From Chiloscyllium plagiosum (Eukaryota): a stretch of DNA of 64,000 bases. A program made the translations under genes and the position numbers. The stretch is taken from the NCBI RefSeq assembly GCF_004010195.1, contig NC_057737.1, positions 13,504,748 to 13,568,747 of the forward strand. Reading direction: 5' to 3'. The notes below the pieces were generated by a model. It did no database searches, was not told the origin of the DNA, and saw nothing but the letters and a program-made list of their open reading frames with translations. Shown piece by piece: positions 39,371-52,160 of this stretch (position 1 is its first letter; the number at the start of each line of letters is the position of its first letter).

Positions 39371-39419
39371 TCGATTCTCAGGAAGAGTGACTACACTGGA
39401 GGTCAAGATGCATTTGGAA

Positions 39420-39745
39420 ATTCTTTTTTCATTTGTGGGACTTGAGATCGCTGGCTGGACCAGCATTGATAGCCCATCCCTAGTTGCCCTTGAGAAGGTA
39501 GTGAAGAGCTGCCTTCTTGAATTGCTGCATCTCACTTGCTGGAAAGTGACCCACAATGCCGGTAGGGAGGCAATTCCAGGATTTTGACCCAACAACTGAA
39601 GGAACGGCAGTATATTTCCAAGTCAGGTGGTTGGAGGGGAACTTGCAGGTGGTGGTGTTCCGATGTATCTGCTGCCCTTGTCCTTCTAGGTGGATGTGGT
39701 CATGGATTTGGAAGATGCTGTCTGAGGATCTTTGGTGAATTTCTG
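39420..39745 (-). mobile_element. LINE 3' end / SINE-tail fragment
   Basis: Minus reading TAVPSVVGSKSWNCLPTGIVG..QQFKKAALH..LLKGN is typical of a non-LTR ORF2 C-terminus; a related decayed copy lies at ~55600-56030. Confidence 0.6.
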
Positions 39746-40203
39746 CACCTGACAATGGATTCAGACTGGTCAAACATTTTCAGGTCTTTAGAAAAAAGTC
39801 AGGGGGGGTGTTTTCAACCAACTCAATCTGAGCTGGATAAGAGACAAACGGAGACTGCACTTTGTTAATCGCTGCTCCATTCCAAACCTCCCCAAACTGG
39901 CCGGAACTGTTACAAACAGACTGAAAGATGAGCAAGCAACACTTTGGGTGCTTAGCCTCCAGCAGGGACACCAAGGCATTAGGACACAGTAAAAATAAAA
40001 TCAAAAAAACCCTCAACACATTGAGACTCTTGCCTCAAAAAACCCAAAGCAGCTTTGCCCATAGCAGCCACTGTCTGGGGAAAATTGGCATTTTGAAAGC
40101 AGAATGGTAAGTAGCATCATAACGTAGATCGGCAGAACCTGAGTTGTTCTCATGTTGGCTCTTCGCATGATTTGGCAAGTGGGGGGGGTGGAGTTAGAGG
40201 TAG

Positions 40204-40438
40204 CTGGTTTGTGAAGATTAGAATGGTGCTGGAAAATCCCTGATGAAGGGCTCCTGCCTGAAAGATCGATTTTCCTGCTTGTCGGATGCTGCCTGATCTG
40301 TGCTTTTCCAGCACCACTCTAATCTTCACAAACCAGCTACCATTGGGAAACTAACTCCATGTCTTCTCCCACCCCCCACTAATGTTGACTCTGACCTCCA
40401 GCATCTGCAATCTTCACTTTCGCCTCGCTGGTTTGTGA
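40204..40438. mobile_element. Rearranged PLE pLTR insert with 12-bp TSD and hammerhead-like core
   Basis: TSD gctggtttgtga at 40204-40215 and 40427-40438; core CTGATGAAGGGCTCCTGCCTGAAA at 40240; internal inverted copy of flanking DNA. Confidence 0.6.
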
Positions 40439-40949
40439 GGTAGAGTGAGGACAAAAGTGTGTGGGCTCAAACCCCACATCGCTGAGGTCACCACAAAAGG
40501 AGTCTCCTTCTCAACCTCTCCCTTTGCCCAAGGCCATGTGCCCTTCTGGTCAAACCACCATCAGTTGTCCGTTTCTCCCAGAGACCAGCCCTCTGGTCTG
40601 GTAAGGAGTATGGCAGATTTATCTTGGCATGCTGGCTCTTATTATGGATCAGAATAATGGGAGATCTTTCAAATCAACACAGTTTCAGCTGCTGCTCTCA
40701 GTCTCAGAGACCAGAAAGCCGGAGTCAACCGGTTTGAAACAAACAGGTCGGTGAAGGAGGGCTTTTGCCTGAAAAAAGTCGATTCTCCTGCTCCTGACTG
40801 GCTGTGCTTTTCCAGCACCATACCCTCGACTCTGATCTCCAGCACACAGTTTCTGTGAGGGCGGCTGTTTCACAACCGCTGAAGGGAGAGGCCAGGAGGT
40901 GAAAGCAAGTCCACAGATTCATGACTGACAGAAACACGAACAACATGTT

Positions 40950-42950
40950 GCAACTCCCCAGTGACCAACTGAGTCACTAACATTCACGATGCGGCACAAA
41001 ACGTTCCGTTTACCACCAACCGCCTAGATTTCTAATTCAGCTATGGTTTGACATGATTCGAGACAAGATCCAATGCATTGATAAATTGGCAAGTGACACG
41101 TGTGCTGTTGGCGAAATATAACGCACGCACCCACCGCACCCAGGCGCAGTAACCCACAGCAGCGCCTGTCATTACCCACCAGCCCATATTACAGGCAAAC
41201 CCCTACCCCGCCGCCCCCACAGACACACACAAAGTCTCTTCTGACATTGAAACTATACGGTGACCACCTTTCCAAAAGGCTACAGCCGGCTCGCCCAGAG
41301 ATTTTTTTTTTTACGCGCAGCAGTCCTCCCAGCTTCCTACTGCATAATGCAAGAAGTTTATAAACTCCACGATAGGAAAAGTAATCAGCGACCCCTCCGA
41401 GATACACGGCCACCACAAACGGCAAGGCTCGATCCATGGTACTTCTCTCAAAACATACTCTTCATTTAAACTGAGTCACAATGGGCACCAACTATCCCCC
41501 ATCCACACAAACCACAACGAAATTGAGGAAAGGCATTTTAAGGTACAGCACTTCCTAAAATCTGATCAAACAGCTCTCACAAAATATTTAAGTCTCCGTT
41601 TATTTTTGAAAAATGTTAAATCTACGATACATCCACCTTGTTCACGACTTCAAGATTATTTTCTTAAAAATAATGACATTTATATAATGAAACCGGTTCA
41701 GCAGCCTTTGCTTTAATTCCACTTAGTTGTATTAACGTTAATAATGAAGCCATCAATCAGCATTTGCGGAAAAATCCTTGCAAATGAATTTTCAACCTGC
41801 AGTACCAGCCCCTCAGTTAAACACGGTGAGAGAGGAAGGAGTGCCGCTGCTGGAATCTGTACCGAAATCAGCCCCATCTCCCTGCACACCCCGGTGTTCA
41901 CTGTTTATACCCACCGTTTGTAGAGACGGTCCTCTTCTGAGCGGGAAACCGACGTCTTCCTGCTCCAGCAGCCGGTTCTCTGCAGCTCCCGGGGACGGCA
42001 GCCAGACGCTGGGCGTGGGACTGGGGCTGGGGGGAAGCCCGGAGTCGGGACTATCCAGGACCCGCTCGCCCAGCCGCTTGGGCTCCACTAGGGGACCAGA
42101 TACCTCCTGCAGGCTCAGGCTACCCACCATCGCTGCTTTCCGATAATCTCGCACCAAAACACCTCTCGTATACGCTTGTGTGTATAAATATAAGTGTTTT
42201 AAATTAAAAACCTGCAAAATTAATACTGTGATAGAGTAAAAGTCCAGTGGCCTGCAATTCTTTATATAATAATAAAGTTCTACAAAGTAACCTGGAATTC
42301 AACTATTAACTGCTAAGGTACTCTGCCCTGTCAGCTGTGTGTCTGTCCCTCTCTCCCACACGCAGACCTGAATGCTGGTATGTAAATGCTAAAGCCTCAC
42401 CAAAGTCAAAACTCCTGCCCGCTCAAAGATTTCATTGTTTCTGCAAAGCTGCTGATTAGAGAGAGAGAGGTTGAAGGGAACGCCTACACGTCGGCACATT
42501 GGTTGGAGCTCGGGATGATGAGTGAGGCGGGGCGAGGGGAGGAGGCAGAGGGAATTGAAGTTTGAATTTAGGACAACCCAGAACAAACTTTGCAAAGTCA
42601 TCTGAATGGCCCGTTGTGTGCTGCTGGCTGGACCGCCCCTTCACCTTCGCACGGTTTAACAGCCGCCTGCTCGCTGTAACATGACTTTATTTTAAAAGGC
42701 CAATGTGGTGTCAGGACTGAATATGTATAAACCCAGGTCGGGTATGTCTGTGTGTGGTGGTGTGGAAATCTGCCAACGGGAGGAGAATGTGGAATGTGTT
42801 CTAATGTGTACACAAACCGCATCGTCTTCACTTTAGTCGGAGGGTGGAAGATGGGGGTAATGGTCAAGGTTGAATTTTGAAACCTGTCAAAGTGAGGGAG
42901 TTGAATTTCAGGCTTATTTCGCCTTGACTTTGTATCCGGCACTTTCAGGT
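40950..42950 (-). promoter_or_regulatory. CpG-enriched region spanning RFLNB exon 1 and promoter
   Basis: Elevated CpG around the ATG; GC-box gaggcggggc at ~42524-42533; AT-rich TATA-like runs at ~42183 and ~42262. The TSS cannot be determined from sequence. Confidence 0.55.
41915..42130 (-). CDS. RFLNB: Refilin B coding exon 1
   Basis: MVGSLSLQEVSGPLVEPKRLGERVLDSPDSGLPPSPSP resembles human RFLNB MVGRLSLQDV..GVLDSPDSGLPPSPSP more than RFLNA MVGHLHLQ; phase-0 donor ACG|GTGGGT; LIAT1 synteny supports paralog B. Confidence 0.92.
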
Positions 42951-43759
42951 CAAGTTAGACCTGTAGGAAGTGGTTTGAGTCTTTGAGATGGGATGAGCAG
43001 ACTAACCTATAGTAAGTCCGTTCGGCCCTTCAAACCTGCCCCACCATTCAATCGGGTCACAATCAGTTTGGGTTCTGAATTTCGCATTCTCTGCCTAAGT
43101 CCACCCCATCATAGTACCGGGTGCTGCTCCTGAACAAGGTCCCGAGACCCTGACCCACGGTACACTGGGGCCCACCCAAGAGAGCTGGACCCTGGTTATT
43201 GACAGAGCCCTGTCCACACCCTTGGACCTGACCCCAATGATCTTTGATTCCCTTGCCTGCCCACCCCATGTTAAAAATATTCAATGACGCTGCGTTTTAA
43301 AGATAAGCAACCCTTCACCACACATTTCCATCCATATTTTCACCCAACCATTCATTCTTGCCTCTCTTGATCAGACTATCATTTTTCATGCTGAATTATA
43401 TGTGAGTGTTTCAGAGCCAGAAGACATGGGGCACAAGCCTCAAACTCATTTCACTCCTGAGAAGGAATTGTCAACTCCATCAAGCAACAGTGGACTCAAC
43501 CCAATCTTTCTCTGCTTTCAATTTTTCAATCCTGTCCAATGTGTCTAATTTTACTATGCTGTAAGAGAATGCCAAAGAGTATTTTTTTGCATTTTTAAAG
43601 GGGCTAATGTGGATTTATAAATGATGTGGTTGTGTGTAGGAGGGAGTGGCAACACTGCATACAAAACCCTCTTTGATTTCACTTTTTTTTAAAACAGTAC
43701 ATTTAAGGTTAGGTTAAACTTTGACAGCTTTTACTACAGTTTTCTGTTTGATGATGCAT

Positions 43760-44220
43760 AGGAAATAGGAGCAGGAGTTAACCATTTTGTCCCTTGTGGC
43801 AACCCTACCATTCAATACTATCATAGCTGGTCTTTTGTCTGAAATCTGTTTTCCCACCTGCTCCCCATATCCCTTGATTCCCCAAGAGATTGTAAACCAG
43901 TCTCTCTTAGCCTTAAATGTATTTAATAATGGAATGTGCAGCTAGGGAATTCCAAAGATTCACTACTCTATGATTGAAGAAATTTTGTTTCACTCTTAGT
44001 CCTAAATGATCAGCCCTTTATCCTCAGACTGTGCCTCAGTACTCTAAATTTCCTGGCAAGGGCAAATAAATTCCCAGTATCTCTGCTTCTATTGACTCCT
44101 TCAGAATCTTGCTGAGTGCCAGTACAAACAATGATAGGCCAAATGGCCCCATCCGCACTGTAACAATTCTGTGATTCAATGAGATCACCTCCCATTCTAA
44201 AGCACTTTGGGGCCAACTTT
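43760..44220 (-). mobile_element. Old CR1-type 3' fragment
   Basis: Minus reading RMGGDLIES...GNLFALARKFRVLRHSLRIKG plus the CR1 tail cataggaaataggagcaggag. Confidence 0.65.
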
Positions 44221-44267
44221 CCATAATCATTACGAGTGTTGTGAAATTTTAATTTCAGACTCCCGAC

Positions 44268-44470
44268 AGAAAAAACAGAAAGGTGCTACAGAAACTGAGC
44301 AAGTCTGGCAGCATCTGTGGAGAGAGAAACAATGTTAGAGGATCGAGTCCAGTTGGGCTCTTCTGGACTCTTACTCTGTTTCTCTGTCCTCAGATTCTAC
44401 TAGACCTGCTAAGTTTCTCTCACACTTCCTGTTTTTATTTCATATTTCCAGCATCTGGGTATTTTGTTTC
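44268..44470. mobile_element. Fold-back repeat, probably PLE-derived; related pieces at ~1120-1290, 5730-5870 and 30960-31090
   Basis: aaaacagaaaggtgctacagaaactgagcaagtctggcagcatctgtggagagagaaaca.../...tgtttctctgtcctcagattctactagacctgctaagtttctctcacacttcctgtttt form imperfect inverted arms. Confidence 0.55.
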
Positions 44471-45391
44471 GACAGAGTGGCAGCCTACTTGAGCTCCCAC
44501 TCTGAAATAGGTGCTTCCTATTAAACTGGTACATTTTTATTTTCTGATTGTATTGACTGTAATTTAAAACAATAAGCTCTTAGTTTGTGGCTACTCTTAA
44601 CATAATAACGTGACACCCATATATTGGAGGACATTAGAACTCTTCTGTCACTCCTTGTCAGTGCTTTTACTGGCTATTGAATTTTGAATTGCTCATCCCA
44701 AATACATTTTATTTTACTTGCAAAGTGAATTGGAACATTGTTTGAACAGATCAATGTTTTGAAAGCCTCTTAGGAAGCACACATATTTTCTCTCACTTTT
44801 TTATATGTCACACTCCATGCTATTCCTAAGAAAGAACATGTGTCTATATAGCAGCGCACATCCTCAAAGCATCTTACACAGTAGATTTCATGTGATATGC
44901 AGTCACAAATGTTATGTAAGCAAACAGAGAACAATTCTGTTAACTGAACTGTGAATCTGTTTAGAGTAAATGTTGGCCAGAATAAGGTCTGTTCTGTGAA
45001 AGGGAGCTGTGGGATTGTTCCCGCATTCAATGTGACAACCAAGCAGGGTCTTTGTTTAGTGGCACCCTCGAGCACTGCAACCCTCCATCCATGCTGGATT
45101 TACAATTTCAGCTACAACACATGCTGAAATCCAGGAAGCTCTGGTTCAAAGAGTACTATCACTGCATCGAGATGGTAGTTGAGTGGACCTAGGGGTTAAT
45201 CTTGGATTTTGATCAGTTCCATTCAAGAGCTAGTTTTTTGGAGGTGTCAGACTTTGGTAAGTGAATTGAAACCTTGCCATTGATTTCCCATCATTCATAC
45301 TGCATTTATCTCCCCTGAGAATAATTGGAAAAATCATTTCCAACAGAAGAAATTGACAGATAAGAAAAGATCAGCTGGCTTATTGTACAAT

Positions 45392-45705
45392 CACTACAGT
45401 GTGGGAGCAGGCCATTTGGCCTATTGAGTCCACACTGACATTCCAAAGAGCATCCTACCCCTACCTGTAACCCTCATTTCCCATGGCTAAACCACCTGGC
45501 CTGCTCATCCCTGGACACTATGATCAATTTAAACATAGCCAATCTACCTAACCTGCACATCTTTGGACTGTTGGAGGAAACCAGAGCACCCGGAGGAAAC
45601 CTACACAGACACATGGAGAATATGTAAACTCCACACAGTCACCCAAGGCTGGAATTGAATCTGGGTCCTTGGTGCTGTGATGCAGCAATACTAACCATGC
45701 TGCAA
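45392..45705 (-). mobile_element. HE1-like V-SINE
   Basis: ctaacctgcacatctttggactg..ggaggaaaccagagcacccggaggaaacc..cacagacac..ggagaatatgtaaactccacacag is the V-domain in reverse, with a tRNA-like head at the right end. Confidence 0.7.
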
Positions 45706-45983
45706 GCCCGCCCTCCACTATAATAGCAGCAGTAGCAGCATCTTCCTATCTAAATACTCCCACCTTCCCTCATATTTAACTCCAAACCTCCCTCCAAACA
45801 CAAAATCCCCTTGTGGAAGGAAAAAGCCTAAGGTCTGTAAGAGAAAAACACAGTTTGGAAAATTCCTTTCTAACCCTCTCATGTAATCAATTCGATTGAT
45901 CAATGGATCAAGCATTATCTACAAAGGCACTTGCGTTCTCTAAGCTGCAATCTGTGTCCAAGCCATGAAGCCATGGCGATCAC

Positions 45984-46017
45984 TGTGTGTGTGTGTGTGT
46001 GTGTGTGTGTCTGTGTG
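45984..46017. repeat. (TG)n microsatellite
   Basis: Directly visible. Confidence 0.9.
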
Positions 46018-46490
46018 AAATGGAGAGCACAGATCTCTGCTGCTCTCACTACTTGGCATCATTTGGCAGCTGATTCCATCAGCAGGAGCTTCAAACTATT
46101 TAAACAAACAAAACACAGACCTCTATTTACATAGAGGATGTTACAAACATACTATAAAACCTCCACATGCCTATGCTGAGCCACTGGGGACCTCCCACGT
46201 TTCCTTCTTTCACAAAGCCTGGACATTTTCCAGAAATAGGCAGACCTTGCACGTAATTGTGAGATTTTGCATTCTTCTTCATTCTGTGAAGAGTGTATAA
46301 TCTTGTAAACATATGTGTATTTACTGTCTAAGATTAAACTTTCTTTTAACAAATGTTGTAAATATCATTTATCTGTGTTGACTAAATTGTTCACTATTAG
46401 ATAACAGTTACAATTAACCACTTTGAAATGCTGCAAATCAGGAGCGACATTTCATTGTCTGCTGTTGTCCCAACATTTCTGTCCTCCAAG

Positions 46491-48300
46491 ATGTCCCAAG
46501 AAGGGACATTAACACCTTGTTTTGGAGAAAGGGACTTGGAAGTGATGATAGATGGGGTGGCAGAGAAGAGGGGCAATCCTTTCCCTGTGAGCCAGCAAGG
46601 AAGGCACCCAACCCACATGCAAGCCTGGACCCAGTTGGCAATCTGGGTCAATAACATTTCATCGACCAAACAGAATGCCCAGCAGTGCCATGAGAAGGTG
46701 AGTAACCCGCACTTCACAAGGTGAAGTGCCATCATCAACTTTCTGTTATGTCACACTCACTGCTGCACACATCTCCAACCAAGGTCAGTGGTCTACAACA
46801 CTCACTGCTTTGTGCAACATCTCCACTCAGTGGCTCTCACCCACCCATCGCCTCAAACTAACATCCCTTCCTGCCCTCTGCACCTACGTACTTACTCAGG
46901 ACACATCACCACTTCTGCTCCTGCTCCATATCTAACAGTTCTTCCAGCACTTTCACCGCCCTCAATCCTTCATTTGGTCTTAGGAGGAAGTGTTGCATAA
47001 CCAGGTAGAGAGGGCCAAGATGGGCTGGGGGGCGGGAGGGAGGGGGGGGCTGGGGTTAATGGGTGTTATTTGTGTCATCATGCTCGCTAAGGAGAAGATC
47101 CTCAAAATGGCTGGAGTGGGCTGTGATCACTGGGGATGTTGCTGTGACCTCAGTGTTGAAACAAACCAAGTAAGCTTCATTGTGCTGTGCTCCTGCATCA
47201 ACTTCACTTTGAACATATACTTATGATACTGAAACATCTACCTTTATTCTTGTAGCAATGGCCTCTCTTCATGCTGCAGGTACCAATGTCATCCATACAA
47301 CTTCTACCCTGAAGAGGCTAATGCCTCCCATTATCAGCTCCTCCCCCAACCCCCTGAAGAAGTGGCCACAGATTCCTCAAAGGACACACACCGAAAAAGC
47401 CTTCTCCTGCATCCTCCACCAGCTCAGAGACTTTCACCTCCAGGGGGTATCCATCCAGATTAGGTTTGGGAGTGCACTCTCGTGAGCACATCATTGCCGT
47501 GTCTCCACAGCTGGGCAAGGAAGCAAGGCTTCAGCCCCTGACCCTTGGAGGACTGATAGAGACCAGGATCCTGTTCATCCCCAGACAGGACAGGAGTACG
47601 TGGTGTCAGCCATTCATTACTTTGTGCAAATTGACAGATGGTCACAGCAGACAGGGTTGTTGGAGACTCTCAGTCAACTGAAGGTTGGAAGAGTCAGCTA
47701 ATGTTATCAATACGATGGCATCTGTGTTTTTGGTGTCCATGTGGACAGGTCAGTGGCTGTCATTCATTCTCAGTCTAGTCGAATACTCAGCAGCTGCCAG
47801 CGATGTTTGCCAGCCAATGCCTTAGTCCTTGGTGATCAGCAGCTACTCCACAGCAAGAGAGATGTGAGGGACCTTGACCTCACACCAGGTGCCCCTTTCT
47901 TTCAGAGGGCAGAGTGTTGCCAGTCGGTACTCAGCTGGAGGAGCAATCCCCCTAGAGGTCTCCTCGCTGGATGTTTGAGGTTCCCCTCCAGCTCCACCCT
48001 GCCTGTGCTCTCCAACCCTGTAGAAATTGCAGTTGAAGGTGCGCCTGCATCTGGGCAGGATTCTCTCAGTTTATCTGGACTCTGGCCACAAACAGGTTCT
48101 ACTACAGAGCAGGCTCCCTTCCCCCACCCCCACTTATGATTCCTGGTACTGCACCTAGTAGCAGGACAAATAGAAAAAATACACCAATTGCACTTATACA
48201 GCATCATTGTAAATGCGCCACGTTCACATCTGTAATGTCATATTTGCACTTCCAGCTGTCATATGTGTGATTGACTCATTTTAGGTGCAAGACCTGGTTA
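46491..48300 (+). mobile_element. Decayed PIF/Harbinger-type element: Myb/SANT-like gene remnant (boundaries uncertain)
   Basis: ORF 46428-46724 PCFGERDLEVMIDGVAEKRGNPFP...QAWTQLAIWVNNISSTKQNAQQCHEK fits the Myb/SANT-like pattern F..DLE.L...V....R..LF...AW..LA..VN.....R...QC.K; donor AAG|GTGAGT; downstream tag|GAGGAAGTGTTGCATAACCAGGTAGAGAGGGCCAAGATGGGC resembles the AHN..ERAKTGGG continuation. Confidence 0.5.
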
Positions 48301-48774
48301 CAAGGCTACCATGTCAAAGTTAAGAAGCCTCTTTCTGCATCCCAAGAAGGATGTATGTTATATTAGTGAGGCATTGCTCACACCTAAGAAGTATCGTGGC
48401 TAGCAAAAGGTGGTTAGGGATCCTCCAACTCTTGTGTCCATGAGTGCAGTGAAGATTTAGCCCTTTACTGTGGAGATCACTAAGCTGGTGGTCATATGAA
48501 CGCCTTCTAATAGGTCCTTGCCTCCACCCCTGTTCCATACTTTTGGCCACCTTATTTCTAAGAGTATGTGATCATTTATGAGTAAGCATACCTCTGGAGG
48601 CAGAGGTTAATTTTACTGACATGTTTAACAAGGGATTGCACGTGAAGGATTCTTCATGACCAAAGCTCAACTATGATTCAGACACAGCTCAGCAGCTCAA
48701 CATGCTACCCCCACAGACTTAATGAAATAAAACTTCCTCATCTCAGTGTGAATACATTAACAGCCATTTTTCCT

Positions 48775-49103
48775 CTGTTTCTCCATGAAAGCAATACCAA
48801 GCCTGACAAATATATTATAGTTCTTTGAGGACATAACATGCAGGATTGATAAAGGGGAACCAGTAGATTTAATATATTTAAAAGACCTTCAATATGATTC
48901 TGCACGTGAGGCTACTTTTAATAAAACGGGAACCCATTATGTTGGAGGTAGTACATCAGCATAGATGGAGGACTGGCTAGCTAATAAAAAACAGAGTTGA
49001 GATAAAGGGGGCATTTTGGGATGGGGGCAACCTGCAACTAGTGGAGTGCCACAGGGGTCAGTGCTCTGGGGCCATAGTTATTTACAATATTTATAAATGA
49101 CTT
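48775..49103 (+). mobile_element. Old CR1-type RT fragment, host of the nested insertion
   Basis: CLTN..FFEDIT..IDKGEPVDLIYL and [18 protein letters not shown] motifs, truncated at 49103. Confidence 0.75.
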
Positions 49104-50699
49104 CAATCCAAGCTGTCCATGCCGACCAGATATCCCAATCCAATCTAGTCCCATCTGCCAGCACCCGGCCCATATCCCTCATAACCTTTCCTTATTCATA
49201 TACCCATCCAAGTTCCTCTTAAATATTGCAATTGTACCAGCCTCCACCACTTCCTCTGGCAGCTCGTTCCATACCCGTATCACCCTCTGTGTGAAAAACT
49301 TGCCCCTTAGGTCTCTTTTATATCTTTCCCCTCTCACCCTAAACCTATGCCCTCTAGTTCTGGGCACCCTGACCCCAGGGAAAAGACTTTGCCTATTTAT
49401 CCTATCCTTGCCCCTCATAATTTTGTAAACCTCTATAAGGTCACCCTGCAGCTTCCAACGCTCCAGGGAAAACAGCCCCAGCCTATTCAGCCTCTTCCTA
49501 TAGATCAAATCCTCCAACCCTGGCAACATCCTTGTAAATCTTTTCTGAACCCTTTCAAGTTTCACAACATCTTTCCCATAGGAAAGAGATCAGAATTGCA
49601 CGCAATATTCCAACAGTGGCCTAACCAAATTCCTGTACAGCCGCAACATGACCTCCCAACTCCTGTATTCAATACTCTGACCAATAAAAGCAAGCATACC
49701 AAAGCCTTCTTCACTATCCTATCTACCTGCGACTCCAATTTCAAGGAGCTATGAACCTTCAAGGTCTCTTTGTTCAGCAACACGATCTAGGAACTTACCA
49801 TTTAAGTGTACAAGTCCTGCTAAGATTTGCTTTCTTGAACTCCATCTGCTACTTCTCAGCCCATTGACCCATCTGGTCAAGATCCTGTTGTAATTTGAGG
49901 TAACCCTCTTTGCTGTCCACTACACCTCCAATTTTGGTGTCATCTGCAAACTTACTAACTGTACCTCTTATGCTCGCATCCAAACCATTTATATGAATGA
50001 CAAAAAATAGTCGACCCAGCACCGATCCTTGTGGCACTCCAGTCTGAAAAACAACCCTCCACCACCACCCTCTGTCTTCTGCCTTTGAGCCAGTTCTGTA
50101 TCTAAATGGCAAGTTCTCCCTTTATTCCATGAGATCTAACCTTGTTAATCAGTCTCCCATGGGGAACGTTGTCGAACGCCTTACTGAAGTCCATATAGAT
50201 CCCATCTACCATTGTGCCCTCATCAATCCTCTTTGTTACTTTTTCAAAAAACTCAATCAAGTTTGTGAGACATGATTTCCCACGCACAAAACCATGTTGA
50301 CTATCCCTGATCAGTCCATGCCTTTCCAAATACATGTACATCCTGTCCCTCAGGATTCCCTCCAACAACTTGCCCACCATCGAGGTCAGGTTCACTGGTC
50401 TATAGTTCCCTGGCTTGTCCTTAACCACCCTTCTTAAGCAATGGCACCACATTTGCCAACCTCCAGTTTTCTGGCACCTCACCTGTGACTATCGATGATA
50501 CAAATATCTCAGCAAGAGGCCCAGCAATCACTTCTCCAGCTTCGCACAGAGTTCTCAGGTACACCTGATCAGGTCCTAGGGATTTATCCATCTTTACCCA
50601 TTTCAACACATCCGGCACTTGCTCCTCTGTAATCTGGACATTTTGCAAGATGTCACCATCTATTTCCCTACAGTCTATATCTTCCATTTCCTTTTCCAC
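49104..50699 (-). mobile_element. CR1-type LINE ORF2 fragment, nested in the opposite orientation
   Basis: Minus ORFs: [64 protein letters not shown] and GDLIEVYKIM. Confidence 0.92.
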
Positions 50700-52160
50700 A
50701 GATGTGGAGAGGTTACGTTCCCTTGGCAGTGTAGATGTGGAGAGGTTACACTCCCTTGTGGGAGTAGATGTGGAGAGGTTACACTTCCTTGGCAGAGTAG
50801 ATGTGGAGAGGTTACACTCCCTTGTGGCAGTGTAGATGTGGAGAGGTTACGTCTCTTAGCAGAGTAGATGTGGAAACATCATGCTCCCTTGGCAAAGTAG
50901 ATGTGGAGAGGTTACGCTCCCTTGGCAGTGTAGATGTGGAGAGGTTACGCTCCCTTGACAGTGTAGATGTGGAGAGGTTACACTCCCTTGTGGCAGTGTA
51001 GATGTGGAGAGGTTACACTCCCTTGACAGTGTAGATGTGGAGAGGTTACACTCCCTTGTGGCAGTGTAGATATGGAGAGGATATGCTCCCTTGGCAGAGT
51101 AGATGTGGAGAGGTTACCCTCCCTTGGCAGAGTAGATGTGGAGAGGTTACACTTCCTTGGCAGAGTAGATGTGGAGAGGTTACACTCCCTTGTGGGAGTG
51201 TAGATGTGGAGAGGTTACGTCTCTTAGCAGAGTAGATGTGGAAACATCATGCTCCCTTGGCAAAGTAGATGTGGAGAGGTTACCCTCCCTTGGTAGAGTA
51301 GATGTGGAGAGGTTACACTCACTTGACAGTGTAGATGTGGAGAGGTTACACTCCCTTGTGGCAGTGTAGATGTGGAGAGGTTACGTCTCTTAGCAGAGTA
51401 GATGTGGAAACATCATGCTCCCTTGGCAAAGTAGATGTGGAGAGGTTACCCTCCCTTGGTAGAGTAGATGTGGAGAGGTTACACTCCCTTGACAGTGTAG
51501 ATGTGGAGAGGTTACGCTCCCTTGGCAGTGTAGATGTGGAGAGGTTATGTCTCTTGGCAGAGTAGATGTGGAAAGGTTACGCTCCCTTCGCAGTGTAGAT
51601 GTGGAGAGGTTACCCTCCCTTGACAGTGTAGATGTGGAGAGGTTATGTTCCCTTGGCAGAGTAGATGTGGAAAGATTATGCTCCCTTCGCAGTGTAGATG
51701 TGGAGAGGTTATGCTCCCTTGTGGCAGTGTAGATGTGGAGAGGTTACGGTCCCTTCGCAGTGTAGATGTGGAGAGGTTACGCTCCCTTGACAGAGTAGAT
51801 GTGGAGAGGTTACCCTCCCTTGGCAGTGTAGATGTGGAGAGGTTATGTTCCCTTGGCAGAGTAGATGTGGAAAGGTTACGCTCCCTTCGCAGTGTAGATG
51901 TGGAGAGGTTATGCTCCCTTGTGGCAGTGTAGATGTGGAGAGGTTACGCTCCCTTCGCAGTGTAGATGTGGAGAGGTTACCCTCCCTTGGCAGTGTAGAT
52001 GTGGAGAGGTTACGCTCCCTTGTGGCAGTGTAGATGTGGAGAGGTTACCCTCCCTTGGCAGTATAGATGTGGAGAGGTTACGCTCCCTTGTGGCAGTGTA
52101 GACGTGGAGAGGTTACGCTCCCTTGACAGAGTAGATGTAGAGAGGTTATGTTCCCTTGTG
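50700..52160 (+). repeat. Minisatellite of ~43 units of 33/35 bp (gtagatgtggagaggttacgctcccttggcagt), CR1-derived
   Basis: Directly visible tandem array; the last unit runs into gtgggagagtctaggatcagagg (CR1 RVDVER.FPLVGESR.RG). Confidence 0.95.

Noticed and set aside
41813-42217. ORF-track start upstream of the RFLNB ATG and read-through past 41915
   Set aside because: Homology begins at MVG (42130), and the phase-0 donor at 41915 joins exon 2 in frame.
42781-42800. TEAD-like GGAATG and AP-1 TGAGTCA motifs near the RFLNB promoter
   Set aside because: These are short motifs expected by chance and cannot be supported without conservation or ChIP data.
50700-52160. CRISPR-like array, or repeat-protein ORFs (SVDVERLRSLG)n
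   Set aside because: There are no unique spacers and no cas genes, the context is eukaryotic, 35-bp units break the frame, and the unit derives from CR1.
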